DNA of 64,000 bases from the NCBI GenBank assembly GCA_963745035.1, contig CAVUVW010000013.1, forward strand, positions 448,001 through 512,000, read 5' to 3'. Positions within the stretch are counted from its first letter, which is position 1. Every line of letters begins with the position of its first letter. The DNA is from an uncultured delta proteobacterium (GTDB taxonomy: Bacteria > Desulfobacterota > Binatia > UBA9968). The notes under the pieces are model-generated. The model did no database searches, was not told where the DNA came from, and saw nothing but the letters and a program-made list of their open reading frames with translations. Shown one piece after another: positions 1-12,902 of the stretch. The position numbers and the translations under genes are program-made.

Positions 1-276
1 GGCGACATCGATCTCCGCAGGAAATTCCGCCGATGACGCCAGCACGGTCATCACATTGTCCAGCACCTCGGCATAGCCACCGCTGATCGCCAGGCTGGTT
101 TTGGTCGTTCCCTGCTTGAAGCTCAGCTCGCCGGGGACGAGGGTGGACAAAAACGCGATGTGGTTCGGCAGCACGCCGAATTCGCCCAACTCGCCCGGCG
201 CGGTCACTTCGTCGACTTCCTCGTCGAGCACCAGCCGGCTCGGCGTCACCACTCTCAGTGTGATCTTGTCTGCCAT
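1..276 (-). CDS. atpC: F1 ATP synthase subunit epsilon (3' end runs off the window)
   Basis: Read manually from the minus-strand ATG at 276: MADKITLRVVTPSRLVLDEEVDEVTAPGELGEFGVLPNHIAFLSTL... This is the typical epsilon N-terminus and it follows atpD. It is not in the ORF track. Confidence 0.93.
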   Translation of the reverse strand, partial: MADKITLRVVTPSRLVLDEEVDEVTAPGELGEFGVLPNHIAFLSTLVPGELSFKQGTTKTSLAISGGYAEVLDNVMTVLASSAEFPAEIDVA

Positions 277-292
277 TTTTCTCGATCAAATC

Positions 293-320
293 GCAGGGGC
301 GCAGCATGCTGCGCCCCTGC
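293..320. repeat. Perfect 28-bp palindrome, REP-like (GTAG-family variant)
   Basis: GCAGGGGCGCAGCATGCTGCGCCCCTGC is its own reverse complement and lies in the atpD-atpC spacer. Confidence 0.75.
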
Positions 321-353
321 TCCGGCCGCCTGCTGCGGGTACGTGATGCGTGC

Positions 354-1852
<1,499 letters not shown>

Positions 1853-1856
1853 GTAT

Positions 1857-2723
<867 letters not shown>

Positions 2724-2759
2724 GTTTACTGCTGTTTCGGGTTGACCCGAAACTCGAAA

Positions 2760-4268
<1,509 letters not shown>

Positions 4269-4278
4269 GCTGAGTTCC

Positions 4279-4821
4279 TCACTGTCCGCGCGCGATGCGC
4301 TGTTTCATCTTTTCCAGTTGGGTGCGAATGCTGCCGTCGTAAATTTTTCCTTCGAGCTCGATCAGCAGCCCGCCGAGCAGGCTCGGATCGGTCTCCTGCT
4401 GCAACAAAACTTCTTTACCCGCCAGGCCGCGCAACCGTTGACGCAACTGCTCGACCATGGCCGTATCGAGGGCGCCGGTGCTCACCACCCGCGCTTCGAC
4501 CCGTCCCTTGGCCTCGTTGAGCAGACGCCGATAGCAGCTTACAATGCCGGCCAGCTGCACTAACCGGTCGCGCTCGAGCAACAAGGACAAAAATTTGACC
4601 GTCAACGGTGAAAGCTGCTGGCCGTCGAGCACCTGCCTGAGAATTTTCATGCGCGGCGCCATGGCGAACGCCGGATTGGTCAGCACTTTCTGCAAATCCG
4701 AGCCGCTATAGATCGAGAAAAACCGCTCGATTTCCTCGCCGGTCTTTTCCTCCGCGCCGGCTTCGCGCGCCAGCTGGAAAAGCGCCCGAGTGTATCTTCG
4801 ACTGAGCCTGCCCTCGATCAT
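4279..4821 (-). CDS. atpH: F1 ATP synthase subunit delta
   Basis: [10 protein letters not shown]-terminus, [15 protein letters not shown]-terminus, and operon position. Confidence 0.95.
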   Translation of the reverse strand: MIEGRLSRRYTRALFQLAREAGAEEKTGEEIERFFSIYSGSDLQKVLTNPAFAMAPRMKILRQVLDGQQLSPLTVKFLSLLLERDRLVQLAGIVSCYRRLLNEAKGRVEARVVSTGALDTAMVEQLRQRLRGLAGKEVLLQQETDPSLLGGLLIELEGKIYDGSIRTQLEKMKQRIARGQ

Positions 4822-5366
4822 CGAGCCTGTCCGATTTGCTGTATGAACTCTTGTGCCAGCCGGGCTTGATCCGCCGCGGAAATATTTTTTTGCACCAACT
4901 CGCGCGCCGTCGATTCGGCCTTGTTGGCCAGTTCCTCACGGAGCTTTTCCCGCGCCATGATCACTTCCCGATCGGCGAGAAAATGCGCGTCTTCCTGTAT
5001 CTTCACGGCCATAGCCTCGGCCTCGCTCAGCGTTCTGGCCTTTTCGCGCTCCGCGTCGGCGCGCCGCGATACTTGAATCGATTGAGCTTCCTGGTCGACA
5101 CCGGCGACTTTCCCGCGGTATTCAGCGACCAGCGCCTCGGCCTGGTGTTTTTTTGCCGATGCCTGGGCGATCGTCGCCACGACCTCTTCCCGCCGCGCAC
5201 GCAAAAGGTTACGTACCATCGGCAGCGCAAAGTAATAAAGAACCGCCGCGTAAATGATAAAATTGATCGCCGGCAAGACGACTTCGCCGATGGTTGGAAC
5301 ATGGTGCTCGGCGCCGGCCGCCGAAGCCCAGGCGTTAGCGGCTACGAAGACGTTCAGTCCGCTCAC
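4818..5366 (-). CDS. atpF: Fo ATP synthase subunit b
   Basis: INFIIYAAVLYYF TM helix followed by a coiled coil; overlaps the atpH start. Confidence 0.88.
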   Translation of the reverse strand: MSGLNVFVAANAWASAAGAEHHVPTIGEVVLPAINFIIYAAVLYYFALPMVRNLLRARREEVVATIAQASAKKHQAEALVAEYRGKVAGVDQEAQSIQVSRRADAEREKARTLSEAEAMAVKIQEDAHFLADREVIMAREKLREELANKAESTARELVQKNISAADQARLAQEFIQQIGQAR

Positions 5367-5791
5367 GCGACCCTCCTGCCCAGAACCTTGCTGGCGATCT
5401 CCGCCGCGATCGTCGCCGCTTCCGCGGGGGCAAGACGCCGCTCGGCCTCGAGCGCCGTCGCGATCTCCTGGCGCCTTAGCGAGAGGGTCTGTCCCGCCTC
5501 TTGGCGCGCCTTGGCTAAAATCTTTTCCCGCTCCTCGCGAGCGGCCTGAAGGATGCGCTCTCTTTCGACGGCAGCGACCGCCTGGGCTTGAGCGATTTTC
5601 TCTTCGTATTGCGCCCGCAGCCGCGCGCCGTCGTGCTCCAATTCGGCGGAATCATGTTGCGCGCCGGTGGTTTTGCGCTCGCGCTCGTCGAGCAGCTTTA
5701 AGTAGGGTTGGAAAAGGACTTTGTTGAGGATCAGCCAGAGGATGACAAATAAAATCACCTGATACAGGATGCTGATGTCTAAGGAAATCAT
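5363..5791 (-). CDS. Fo ATP synthase subunit b'
   Basis: N-terminal TM (QVILFVILWLILNKVLFQP) plus coiled coil; second b-type gene in tandem with atpF. Confidence 0.88.
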   Translation of the reverse strand: MISLDISILYQVILFVILWLILNKVLFQPYLKLLDERERKTTGAQHDSAELEHDGARLRAQYEEKIAQAQAVAAVERERILQAAREEREKILAKARQEAGQTLSLRRQEIATALEAERRLAPAEAATIAAEIASKVLGRRVA

Positions 5792-5926
5792 CTGTCAACT
5801 TTCGCTTCTAACCGCACCGTCGCGAGGGCTGTAAGCGCCCGGGCGGTTCAACCCCTAGGCCGAATAATAAAAACCTACCTTCGGTGAAGAACGTAGGACT
5901 GGGATGGAAGAACGGCTAACCGAAGT

Positions 5927-6514
5927 CTAATTCTTGGAATCAGCTTGTAGCGTCGCCACAGGCGCCACCGCGGCTTTCTCAACGCTCACGTTCTGTGAAT
6001 TTACGCTGCCGCTTTTTGCCTTCGCCACACCCATGGAGCAATCACCGTCAAACACAGCACCCTCGGTGATCACCAGTCGGGGGGCGCTCACGTTGCCGAT
6101 TAAGCGCGCCGGTGCGAATAATTCAATCTTTTCCTTGGCTGTCACATTCCCTTCGACTTTACCGCGAATAATCACGACCTGTCCGGTGATCTTGGCCCGC
6201 ACCTCGGCTCCTTCGCCGATGGTCAGCGCGCCCTGGCACTGGATCTCGCCCTCCACCACACCATCGATTCTGGCGGGCCCCTGAAAACTTAGCTGCCCGC
6301 TGACACGGCATCCTTTATAAAGATAACCCACCAATCCCGCTGTCGAAGGCGCCGGGGCAACTTCGACTTTCGGCGCAGGCTTCGGCTCAGACGCTGCGGC
6401 CACGATTGGCTTCGCCGGTTCCGGCGCCGCGGCCGGCTTGGCAGCTTCCGCAACTTTCTGCGGCTCTACTTCTGAAGTCTTTTTTCCACCAGGGTTACGA
6501 TCAAACCAAGCCAT
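5927..6514 (-). CDS. Bactofilin (polymer-forming cytoskeletal protein)
   Basis: Beta-helix repeats (GQLSFQGPARIDGVVEGEI...LTIGEGAEVRAKI...LVITEGAVFDGDCSM) and a Pro/Ala-rich N-terminus. Confidence 0.9.
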   Translation of the reverse strand: MAWFDRNPGGKKTSEVEPQKVAEAAKPAAAPEPAKPIVAAASEPKPAPKVEVAPAPSTAGLVGYLYKGCRVSGQLSFQGPARIDGVVEGEIQCQGALTIGEGAEVRAKITGQVVIIRGKVEGNVTAKEKIELFAPARLIGNVSAPRLVITEGAVFDGDCSMGVAKAKSGSVNSQNVSVEKAAVAPVATLQADSKN

Positions 6515-6543
6515 ATTATCTTCCCCCTGTTTGGGCAGAATTT

Positions 6544-6572
6544 CCTATAACATCCGCTAACCTTATTGTCAA
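6544..6572 (-). promoter_or_regulatory. sigma70-type promoter for bactofilin (and possibly atpF'FHAGDC)
   Basis: Minus strand TTGACA-17 nt-TATAGG with an extended -10 TG, about 30 nt upstream of the bactofilin ATG. Confidence 0.55.
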
Positions 6573-6864
6573 AACGCATTGCTCATGGGATCGAACTGAG
6601 ATTTCCCGATGCCGCCTCTGTAGAATTCGACTGGGAGCAGAATGACGCTTCGTACGAAAACCGATCTTTCGCGAAATTTTCGCCACTTGCCTTGACGGCC
6701 TGAGAAACTTCGGATTAGCTTAAGGGCTGCCAATTTTTGATGCCGCAAGCGACTTGTCGTCATCTCGAGAAGTGAAGCGACGCCTAGCGGAAATTGTACA
6801 GTATTTGTTTCATCCGTATAAGGTGAAAATCAGCTCCGCAACTGGGCCTGAAGAAGGAGTTCCC

Positions 6865-7806
6865 ATGCACCGCCTGATTTGTTTGCTCGCTTTGTTGGCG
6901 CTTCCCGGCAGCCTGAGGGCGGAGCCCGCGCGCGGCGCCTATCCATCGGCAAACGTTCAGTTTTTACCCGCCTTCGTGGCTTTGGAAAAGGGCTTCTACA
7001 AGCGCGAAGGGCTCGACGCCGAGCTGATCTCGGTGCGGAACGCCGTAACCGCGGTGCAGGCGCTCATCGGCAATCAAATCCATTTTATCTTCTCGGTGGG
7101 CCCGCAGATGCCGTCCATCTGGGAAGGGAGCGATATTGTATTGCTCGCGCAGATGATCGGCCGGCCGACCTTCTCCATGGTCGTCACCCAAGACATTCAA
7201 AAGGTGACCGACCTCAAAGGCAAGAAGATCGGCGTCAGCTTCGGCGGCTCCACTTTCGCCGGCACCAAGGCGCTCTTGGAGCTCTACAAGATGAACCCGG
7301 AGAAGGATGTTCAGTACGTCAGCATCCCCGGCAGCCAGCCGAAGATCGCCGCGATGCAGCAAGGCATCATCCAAGCCGCGCTGTTGGCGCCGCCCTCCGA
7401 CTACATTGCGATCAAAGCCGGCTTCAAGCGCCTGGTGAGCCTGGCGGATCTTTTCAAAGACACTTCGTTCAGCGGCCTCGCCGCCACCGGCAAGACGATC
7501 AAAGAGAATCCGCAATTCGTCAAACGCATGGTGCGCGCCATCGTGCGCGGTGTAATTCACAGCCGCGAGTACCCCGAAGACGCGGTGCAGACGATGGTCA
7601 AGCACTGGCGCATGGAACGTGATGTCTCGGTGGATGCCTATAACCTTGTAAAGGAAGCGCTTCACCCCGTACCGACAGAAAAGGGCGTCGAGCTCATGGC
7701 CCACTGGCAAGCCGTGGCTTTGAACGTGCAGCCCAAGCGCCCGGTGCGCGAATATATGGACTTGCGCTTCGTCAATGAAGTGGTCGCCGAACTAGGAAAA
7801 AAATAA
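6865..7806 (+). CDS. ABC-type substrate-binding protein, NMT1/THI5/SsuA-like
   Basis: Signal peptide, DLKGKKIGVS motif; AAGGAG precedes ATG 6865. Confidence 0.88.
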   Translation: MHRLICLLALLALPGSLRAEPARGAYPSANVQFLPAFVALEKGFYKREGLDAELISVRNAVTAVQALIGNQIHFIFSVGPQMPSIWEGSDIVLLAQMIGRPTFSMVVTQDIQKVTDLKGKKIGVSFGGSTFAGTKALLELYKMNPEKDVQYVSIPGSQPKIAAMQQGIIQAALLAPPSDYIAIKAGFKRLVSLADLFKDTSFSGLAATGKTIKENPQFVKRMVRAIVRGVIHSREYPEDAVQTMVKHWRMERDVSVDAYNLVKEALHPVPTEKGVELMAHWQAVALNVQPKRPVREYMDLRFVNEVVAELGKK

Positions 7807-7819
7807 GGAGCAGCGAATA

Positions 7820-8419
7820 ATGTTGAAAAAACTGTTTTTGATCGCAACCCTGCTGGTTGGCGTGGCGCACGGCTTCGCCGCCGAGACAAACGATAAAAAA
7901 GGCCCGCTGTACGCAACCTTAAAAACCAGCATGGGCGACATCGTCATCCAGTTGTTCGACGACAAGGCGCCCAAGACCGTCGCGAACTTCGTCGGCCTGG
8001 CGACCGGAACCAAGGAGTGGGTCGATCCCAAGACGGGGGAGAAAGTCAAAAAACCATTGTACAACGGCACCATCTTTCACCGCGTCATCCCCGGTTTCAT
8101 GATCCAGGGCGGCGACCCGCTTGGCAACGGCACGGGCGGACCGGGCTATCGCTTTGAAGACGAGTTTCATCCCGACTTGCGCCACACCAAGGGCGGCATA
8201 CTCTCGATGGCCAACGCGGGGCCGAACACCAACGGCAGCCAGTTCTTCATCACTCTTGCGCCGACCTTACATCTGGACAACCGCCACAGCGTCTTCGGCG
8301 AATTGGTCAAAGGACAGGAAGTCGTCGTGGCGATCGGCAACGTGTCGCGGGGCTCCAATGACCGGCCGGTGAAAGAGGTCGTATTGAAAGAAGTGGTGAT
8401 TACCCGCGGTAATTACTAG
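7820..8419 (+). CDS. Exported cyclophilin-type peptidyl-prolyl isomerase
   Basis: FHRVIPGFMIQGGDP and MANAGPNTNGSQFFIT motifs; signal peptide; AAGGAG RBS. Confidence 0.96.
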   Translation: MLKKLFLIATLLVGVAHGFAAETNDKKGPLYATLKTSMGDIVIQLFDDKAPKTVANFVGLATGTKEWVDPKTGEKVKKPLYNGTIFHRVIPGFMIQGGDPLGNGTGGPGYRFEDEFHPDLRHTKGGILSMANAGPNTNGSQFFITLAPTLHLDNRHSVFGELVKGQEVVVAIGNVSRGSNDRPVKEVVLKEVVITRGNY

Positions 8420-8473
8420 CGCTGTCCAATGCGTCTTAGACGTGATTCACCCGTCGATGCTTGAGGGCGCTTT

Positions 8474-9541
8474 CTACTCTAAGTCATAAGCCACGCCCAC
8501 TTGAGCACCGACGTCGCGTAGTCCTTTCAGCACCGAGGGCAGCAGCGGGATACCGTGCTCGCGCCGCTCATCGGCGGTTTCGAACTCGATCTCGCCGGCC
8601 GCATACACGCGCTCTTGCCCCTCGATGGGCGGAGTGGACTTCAGCTCGCGCAGCAGCCGATCCATGTCGCGTTTGAATTCATCGACGGGTCGAAACGTAT
8701 CGATGCGGATGGCGCCGAAAAAATGGCCGCGCGGATCCTGATCCGCATTCAAGGCCGTAAGCGTTCCGGTGAGCACGCCGCAAAGAATCTCGACGAGAAT
8801 CGCCAGGCCGTAGCCTTTGTGGCTGCCGCCTTCGCGCGAGCCGCCGAGGGGCAGAAGCTTGCGCGCTTTCTGCGCCACCCGCGGATCATCCGTCACTTGC
8901 GCCTGTTCGTTCAAAGCCCAACCCGGCGGAATCGGTTTGTCCTGCCGCGCCGCGAGTTCCAGCTTTCCCGCTGCCGCCGTCGTGGTTGCCATGTCAAGGA
9001 CAAACGGCAGCTCTTTCCCCGTCGGCACCGCGAAGCACATCGGATTGGTGCCGAACCGCGCCTCGCGGCCGAATGTCGGCACTACCTGCCTGCTCGCATT
9101 GGTCATGGCGATGCCGATCATGTCGTGCGGCAATGCCATCATGGCGTAATAGGCCGACATGCCGTAGTGGCGGCTGTTGCGCACGGCGACCATGCCGATG
9201 CCGGACTCCTTCGCTTTCCGGATCGCCATTTCCATCGCCCGGTGACCAACGACCATGCCCATACCGCGATCGCCATCGAGCAGCGCCGATGAAGCGGTTT
9301 CAGAAATCACGCGAACGTTGGGTTTGGCGGTCATCGAGCCCTCGGTCAGCCATTTCACGTACCAGGCATTCGGACTGAAACGAATCACGCCATGGGTATC
9401 GACGCCGCGCAGGTCGGCCTGAACGAGGGCGTAGGCGCCGATCTCGGCGTCTTCTTTGGGCACGCCGAGTTTTTCGAAAGCCGCGGCAACGAAACTCAAA
9501 AGTTTTCGGTGACTGACCCGGATCGTTTCATGAGTTGCCAT
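8474..9541 (-). CDS. Ldh_2-family oxidoreductase (ComC/AllD/malate-lactate dehydrogenase type 2)
   Basis: DLRGVDTHG, HYGM, FGTNP, LDMAT and HKGYGL motifs; AGGAGG before ATG 9541. Confidence 0.92.
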   Translation of the reverse strand: MATHETIRVSHRKLLSFVAAAFEKLGVPKEDAEIGAYALVQADLRGVDTHGVIRFSPNAWYVKWLTEGSMTAKPNVRVISETASSALLDGDRGMGMVVGHRAMEMAIRKAKESGIGMVAVRNSRHYGMSAYYAMMALPHDMIGIAMTNASRQVVPTFGREARFGTNPMCFAVPTGKELPFVLDMATTTAAAGKLELAARQDKPIPPGWALNEQAQVTDDPRVAQKARKLLPLGGSREGGSHKGYGLAILVEILCGVLTGTLTALNADQDPRGHFFGAIRIDTFRPVDEFKRDMDRLLRELKSTPPIEGQERVYAAGEIEFETADERREHGIPLLPSVLKGLRDVGAQVGVAYDLE

Positions 9542-9610
9542 GCATTTTCCTCCTGCAATAGCTTGCGCTCTGCTTAACTTTGAGCAGCCGTACCTGTCAA
9601 GCAATCCTCC

Positions 9611-9639
9611 TTGACGCTCTCAGCGTGTTTGCCTATGTT
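9611..9639 (+). promoter_or_regulatory. sigma70-type promoter for the binding protein gene at 9676
   Basis: TTGACG-17 nt-TATGTT. Confidence 0.5.
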
Positions 9640-9675
9640 ACGCGCAAATCTCCTCCGCCACACCTACGGAGGTTC

Positions 9676-10782
9676 ATGACGATGAATCGTACGACTCCAT
9701 CAGGGCAATGCTGCGCTTTGCTCGCTTCCTTGCTGCTGATCGCAGCAATCTTCCAGCGCGACCTCGCCGCCGCCGAGCTCGCGAATGTCCGTATCGCCCA
9801 CGGCGCCTTTAGCGAAAAGATCGCGATCATGTGGATCGGCGCCGAGCAGGGAATTTTTCGCAAGCACGGCGTGCATGTCGAAGTCATCAATATTCGCAGC
9901 GGGCCTCAGACCATGGCCGCGCTCGCATCCGGCGATATTCAAGTCGCCTACACGATCCCCGGAACCGTGGTGAGCGCCGCGACCGGTGGTTTCGATGCGG
10001 TCTTTTTCGCCGGCATCGTCAACAAAGCCGACGGCGATTTTATCGCCTCGCCGCGCATCCGCGGACCGGAGGACTTAAAAGGCAAGCGCGTCGGCGTTCA
10101 GAGCATCGGCGGCGGAGTGTGGTCGATGGCGATGCTCGCTCTCGAGCATCTCGGCTTGGAGCCGAATAAGGACAAATTGACCGTCATGATCATCGGCGAC
10201 TCGCCGGTGCTAGCCCAGTCGTTGGAATCCGGCGGCATCGAGGCGACTTATCTCAACTATACGCACAGCCGGTCGCTCAAGGAGAAAGGCTTTCCGGTTC
10301 TTCTCGACCTGGGCAAAGCGCCGATTCCCTACCAAGGCCTGGCGGCGGCGACCCGGCGCTCCTACCTCCGGCAAAATACAGTAACAATTGACGCGCTGAT
10401 GCGCGGCTTTGTAGAGACCATCGCGTTCATTCACAAGCCGTCCAACAAGGAGGTGGTGGTAAAGGCGCTGATGAAAAACCTGCGGCTAAGAAATCTCGAC
10501 GATGCCGAAACTGGCTATCAATCCCTCCAGTGGCTTTACAAGCCCGATATCAAGCCGACTATTCCAGGCATTCAGAACATGGCGCGCTTGCTTGCTCTCG
10601 GCAATCCGAAAGTTAAGACAGTAAAAATGGAGGATGTGGTCGATGACGCGCCTTGGCATCGGCTAGAGAAAAGCCCTTTCTACCGAGACTTGGTCTCCAG
10701 ACAAATCAAGAAGGTGATGCGGCGGATTCTCGCGAGGCACAGAGTCAGTGCCGGCGTAAGTCGGCAAAGGCCGCTATTCTAA
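9676..10782 (+). CDS. ABC-type substrate-binding protein, NMT1/SsuA-like (true stop may be 10717)
   Basis: Signal peptide, DLKGKRVGV motif, GGAGG before ATG 9676. The C-terminal tail overlaps the convergent gene and may result from a +1 indel at 10698/10699. Confidence 0.87.
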   Translation: MTMNRTTPSGQCCALLASLLLIAAIFQRDLAAAELANVRIAHGAFSEKIAIMWIGAEQGIFRKHGVHVEVINIRSGPQTMAALASGDIQVAYTIPGTVVSAATGGFDAVFFAGIVNKADGDFIASPRIRGPEDLKGKRVGVQSIGGGVWSMAMLALEHLGLEPNKDKLTVMIIGDSPVLAQSLESGGIEATYLNYTHSRSLKEKGFPVLLDLGKAPIPYQGLAAATRRSYLRQNTVTIDALMRGFVETIAFIHKPSNKEVVVKALMKNLRLRNLDDAETGYQSLQWLYKPDIKPTIPGIQNMARLLALGNPKVKTVKMEDVVDDAPWHRLEKSPFYRDLVSRQIKKVMRRILARHRVSAGVSRQRPLF

Positions 10783-12594
10783 TAGCAGACTTTCCGCATA
10801 GACAAAGATCGTGATCACCGCGAACATCTGCAAGATGATCGGGGTGATTTCCTTGATCCATTGAATCGGCGTGTAATGTTCGTCGACATCCCGGCGGATA
10901 AACGCGAAAGCCACGACGGATTGCGCCGAGCCGATATGCGTCCAACAGCCGCCGAGCGCGTAACCGGCGATCTGCGCCATCGCGAATAAGTGCATAATCG
11001 TTACGTCCAACCGCTGGAGCGCCCGGGAGGCGAAATCCGCCACCACATTGTTGTCCAGAATCGCAGAAAGGAACGTGCAGCCCACGAATTGCGCGAACGC
11101 GACATGGCCATGCCCCAGGACCTGGACGCCTTCGCGAATCAGCACCTGGAGCACGTCGAAGAATCCCGCTTTGGTCAAGAGCGTTATCGAGAGAAACAGC
11201 GGAAAGAGAAAATAATACTCGGCAAATTCATGCCGCGCTTCGCGCAAAGCAAGCCCGCGCATCTTCGGGATATTCCAAATGCCAAGCAGCGCGACACAAA
11301 AGCCGGCCAAGGATGCTAAGAAAAGCGGCACGTTATGATTGATTCCATGGGCGATGAGAAAGCCGATGAACGGCACCAGCGCCAACGCGCCGATTTTTTG
11401 CGCCCATCGCCTGCGCCTGGCAAAGCTCGCGATCGTCGCATCGACGCTTTTTCCCGCCTCGAGCGCGCCGCGCTGGTCGCCGGCGGCATCGAGCACATAA
11501 TGGCGATCGAGCGGATCCGCGAGCTCTTCGCTAACGAAGTGGCCTAACAATTTTTTGCGCGTCTCGGGCGCAACATTTTCATGAACGAGAGCAATGCCCA
11601 ACGATTCGCCGGCACGCAGGCGTTCGATCACACGATCGGCCTTTTCTCCAAGCTCGGCGGCGCTCGCTTCGACAAGCTCAACGCCGCTCAAAACCTCCCC
11701 GTGGCGCGACGCCTGGAGAAAGCGTACATCTTCCGCGTTAGCATCGACCACATCCATGGCATCCAGATGGATGCGGCCGCCAGCAATCTTGCGCTTCAGT
11801 TGCCAGGCGATGATCAGATAGCACGCCACGGCAATCGGCGCGCAGTAACGTAGAAAAAAAACGTCGTCAAGAAACGGCTGCAAGTTCGCTTTCATGATCA
11901 AATTGGGCGGCTCGCCGTAAGCCAGCCAGATGCCGCATATCGTCGTCACCGCCGTGCATACCATGACCGCATGCCGGATGGCGGCGGTCGGCGCTGCCGC
12001 CAACATCATGATGATCGTGAGAGTACGGATCGTTAATCCGATCATAGAAACGCCGTCGAGAATTCCCGAGGCAAAAGCGACCACAGCGGTAACTGAAATC
12101 ACCGTGGGCAAGATACGGCCCCCATACCGATGCAGCAGATAGAATGTGATTCCTTCGAGCAGCCGGGTTTGGGCGATCACCGCGACAAAAAAGGTCAGGC
12201 CGAGAATGAACAGCATCGTGTCGGCATGAATCAGGTCATCCAGGCCGTGAAATGAGAACAGATTGCGCCAAGCCCAGGTCCACCAGCCGCCCTCGGCAAT
12301 TTCCCCATGCCATTGAGAAGTCGCTAAGCCGCAAAAAGTCGCCACGATGACGAGCAGCATGCCGTAGGTGAGAGCGTTTTTGTGAATCTGATAGCGAAAC
12401 GAGCCGAACAGAAACAGGCCAAGAATCGTCGCAAAGACTTCGCCGGCCAAAAGGCCGAGCGGCAGGGTGACAACTCTGCCCGCTGCAAACAACGCGGCGG
12501 CGAGGACGGCGCAGCCGAAAAGAAATCGTTTTTCAGAGATCATCACGACGCTGGCGACGTCGTTTTCGGCGGTATTCGGCTCAATCGTGGACAT
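10774..12594 (-). CDS. IT-superfamily (ArsB/NhaD/SLC13-like) membrane transporter
   Basis: Many TM helices, GEPPNLI and LSAILDNNV hairpin motifs, large soluble insertion in the middle. Confidence 0.8.
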   Translation of the reverse strand: MSTIEPNTAENDVASVVMISEKRFLFGCAVLAAALFAAGRVVTLPLGLLAGEVFATILGLFLFGSFRYQIHKNALTYGMLLVIVATFCGLATSQWHGEIAEGGWWTWAWRNLFSFHGLDDLIHADTMLFILGLTFFVAVIAQTRLLEGITFYLLHRYGGRILPTVISVTAVVAFASGILDGVSMIGLTIRTLTIIMMLAAAPTAAIRHAVMVCTAVTTICGIWLAYGEPPNLIMKANLQPFLDDVFFLRYCAPIAVACYLIIAWQLKRKIAGGRIHLDAMDVVDANAEDVRFLQASRHGEVLSGVELVEASAAELGEKADRVIERLRAGESLGIALVHENVAPETRKKLLGHFVSEELADPLDRHYVLDAAGDQRGALEAGKSVDATIASFARRRRWAQKIGALALVPFIGFLIAHGINHNVPLFLASLAGFCVALLGIWNIPKMRGLALREARHEFAEYYFLFPLFLSITLLTKAGFFDVLQVLIREGVQVLGHGHVAFAQFVGCTFLSAILDNNVVADFASRALQRLDVTIMHLFAMAQIAGYALGGCWTHIGSAQSVVAFAFIRRDVDEHYTPIQWIKEITPIILQMFAVITIFVYAESLLLE

Positions 12595-12902
12595 GGCGCT
12601 TTGGCCGTTTGCGTGCCGGCAATTTGTCGAGCATTAACATGGCGCGCGCGCAAAACAAGCGCCGATGCGGGGTCCAGACGCGATCATGCAAGCTTAAAAC
12701 TAGCCGGGATGAATTTCGCTACGAACAGGAGCGCCTTCATGAGGAAAGCGCGAGCTCCTGTGTAAGAGGGAATTTCACTTTCGTCTGAAGTCTCTCCTGC
12801 GTAGGATCGAACGGAGAGGAATTTCAACTATCGCCGAGAGAGGCATTAACGCGAACACATGGACTAGCGCCCGTTCCTACCTGAACGGCGGCCGTAACGC
12901 GC

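Noticed and set aside
12705-12840. Degenerate CRISPR mini-array
   Set aside because: The repeats are short and imperfect, spacing is unequal (59 versus 49 bp) and no cas genes are present. Kept only as a possible structured leader.
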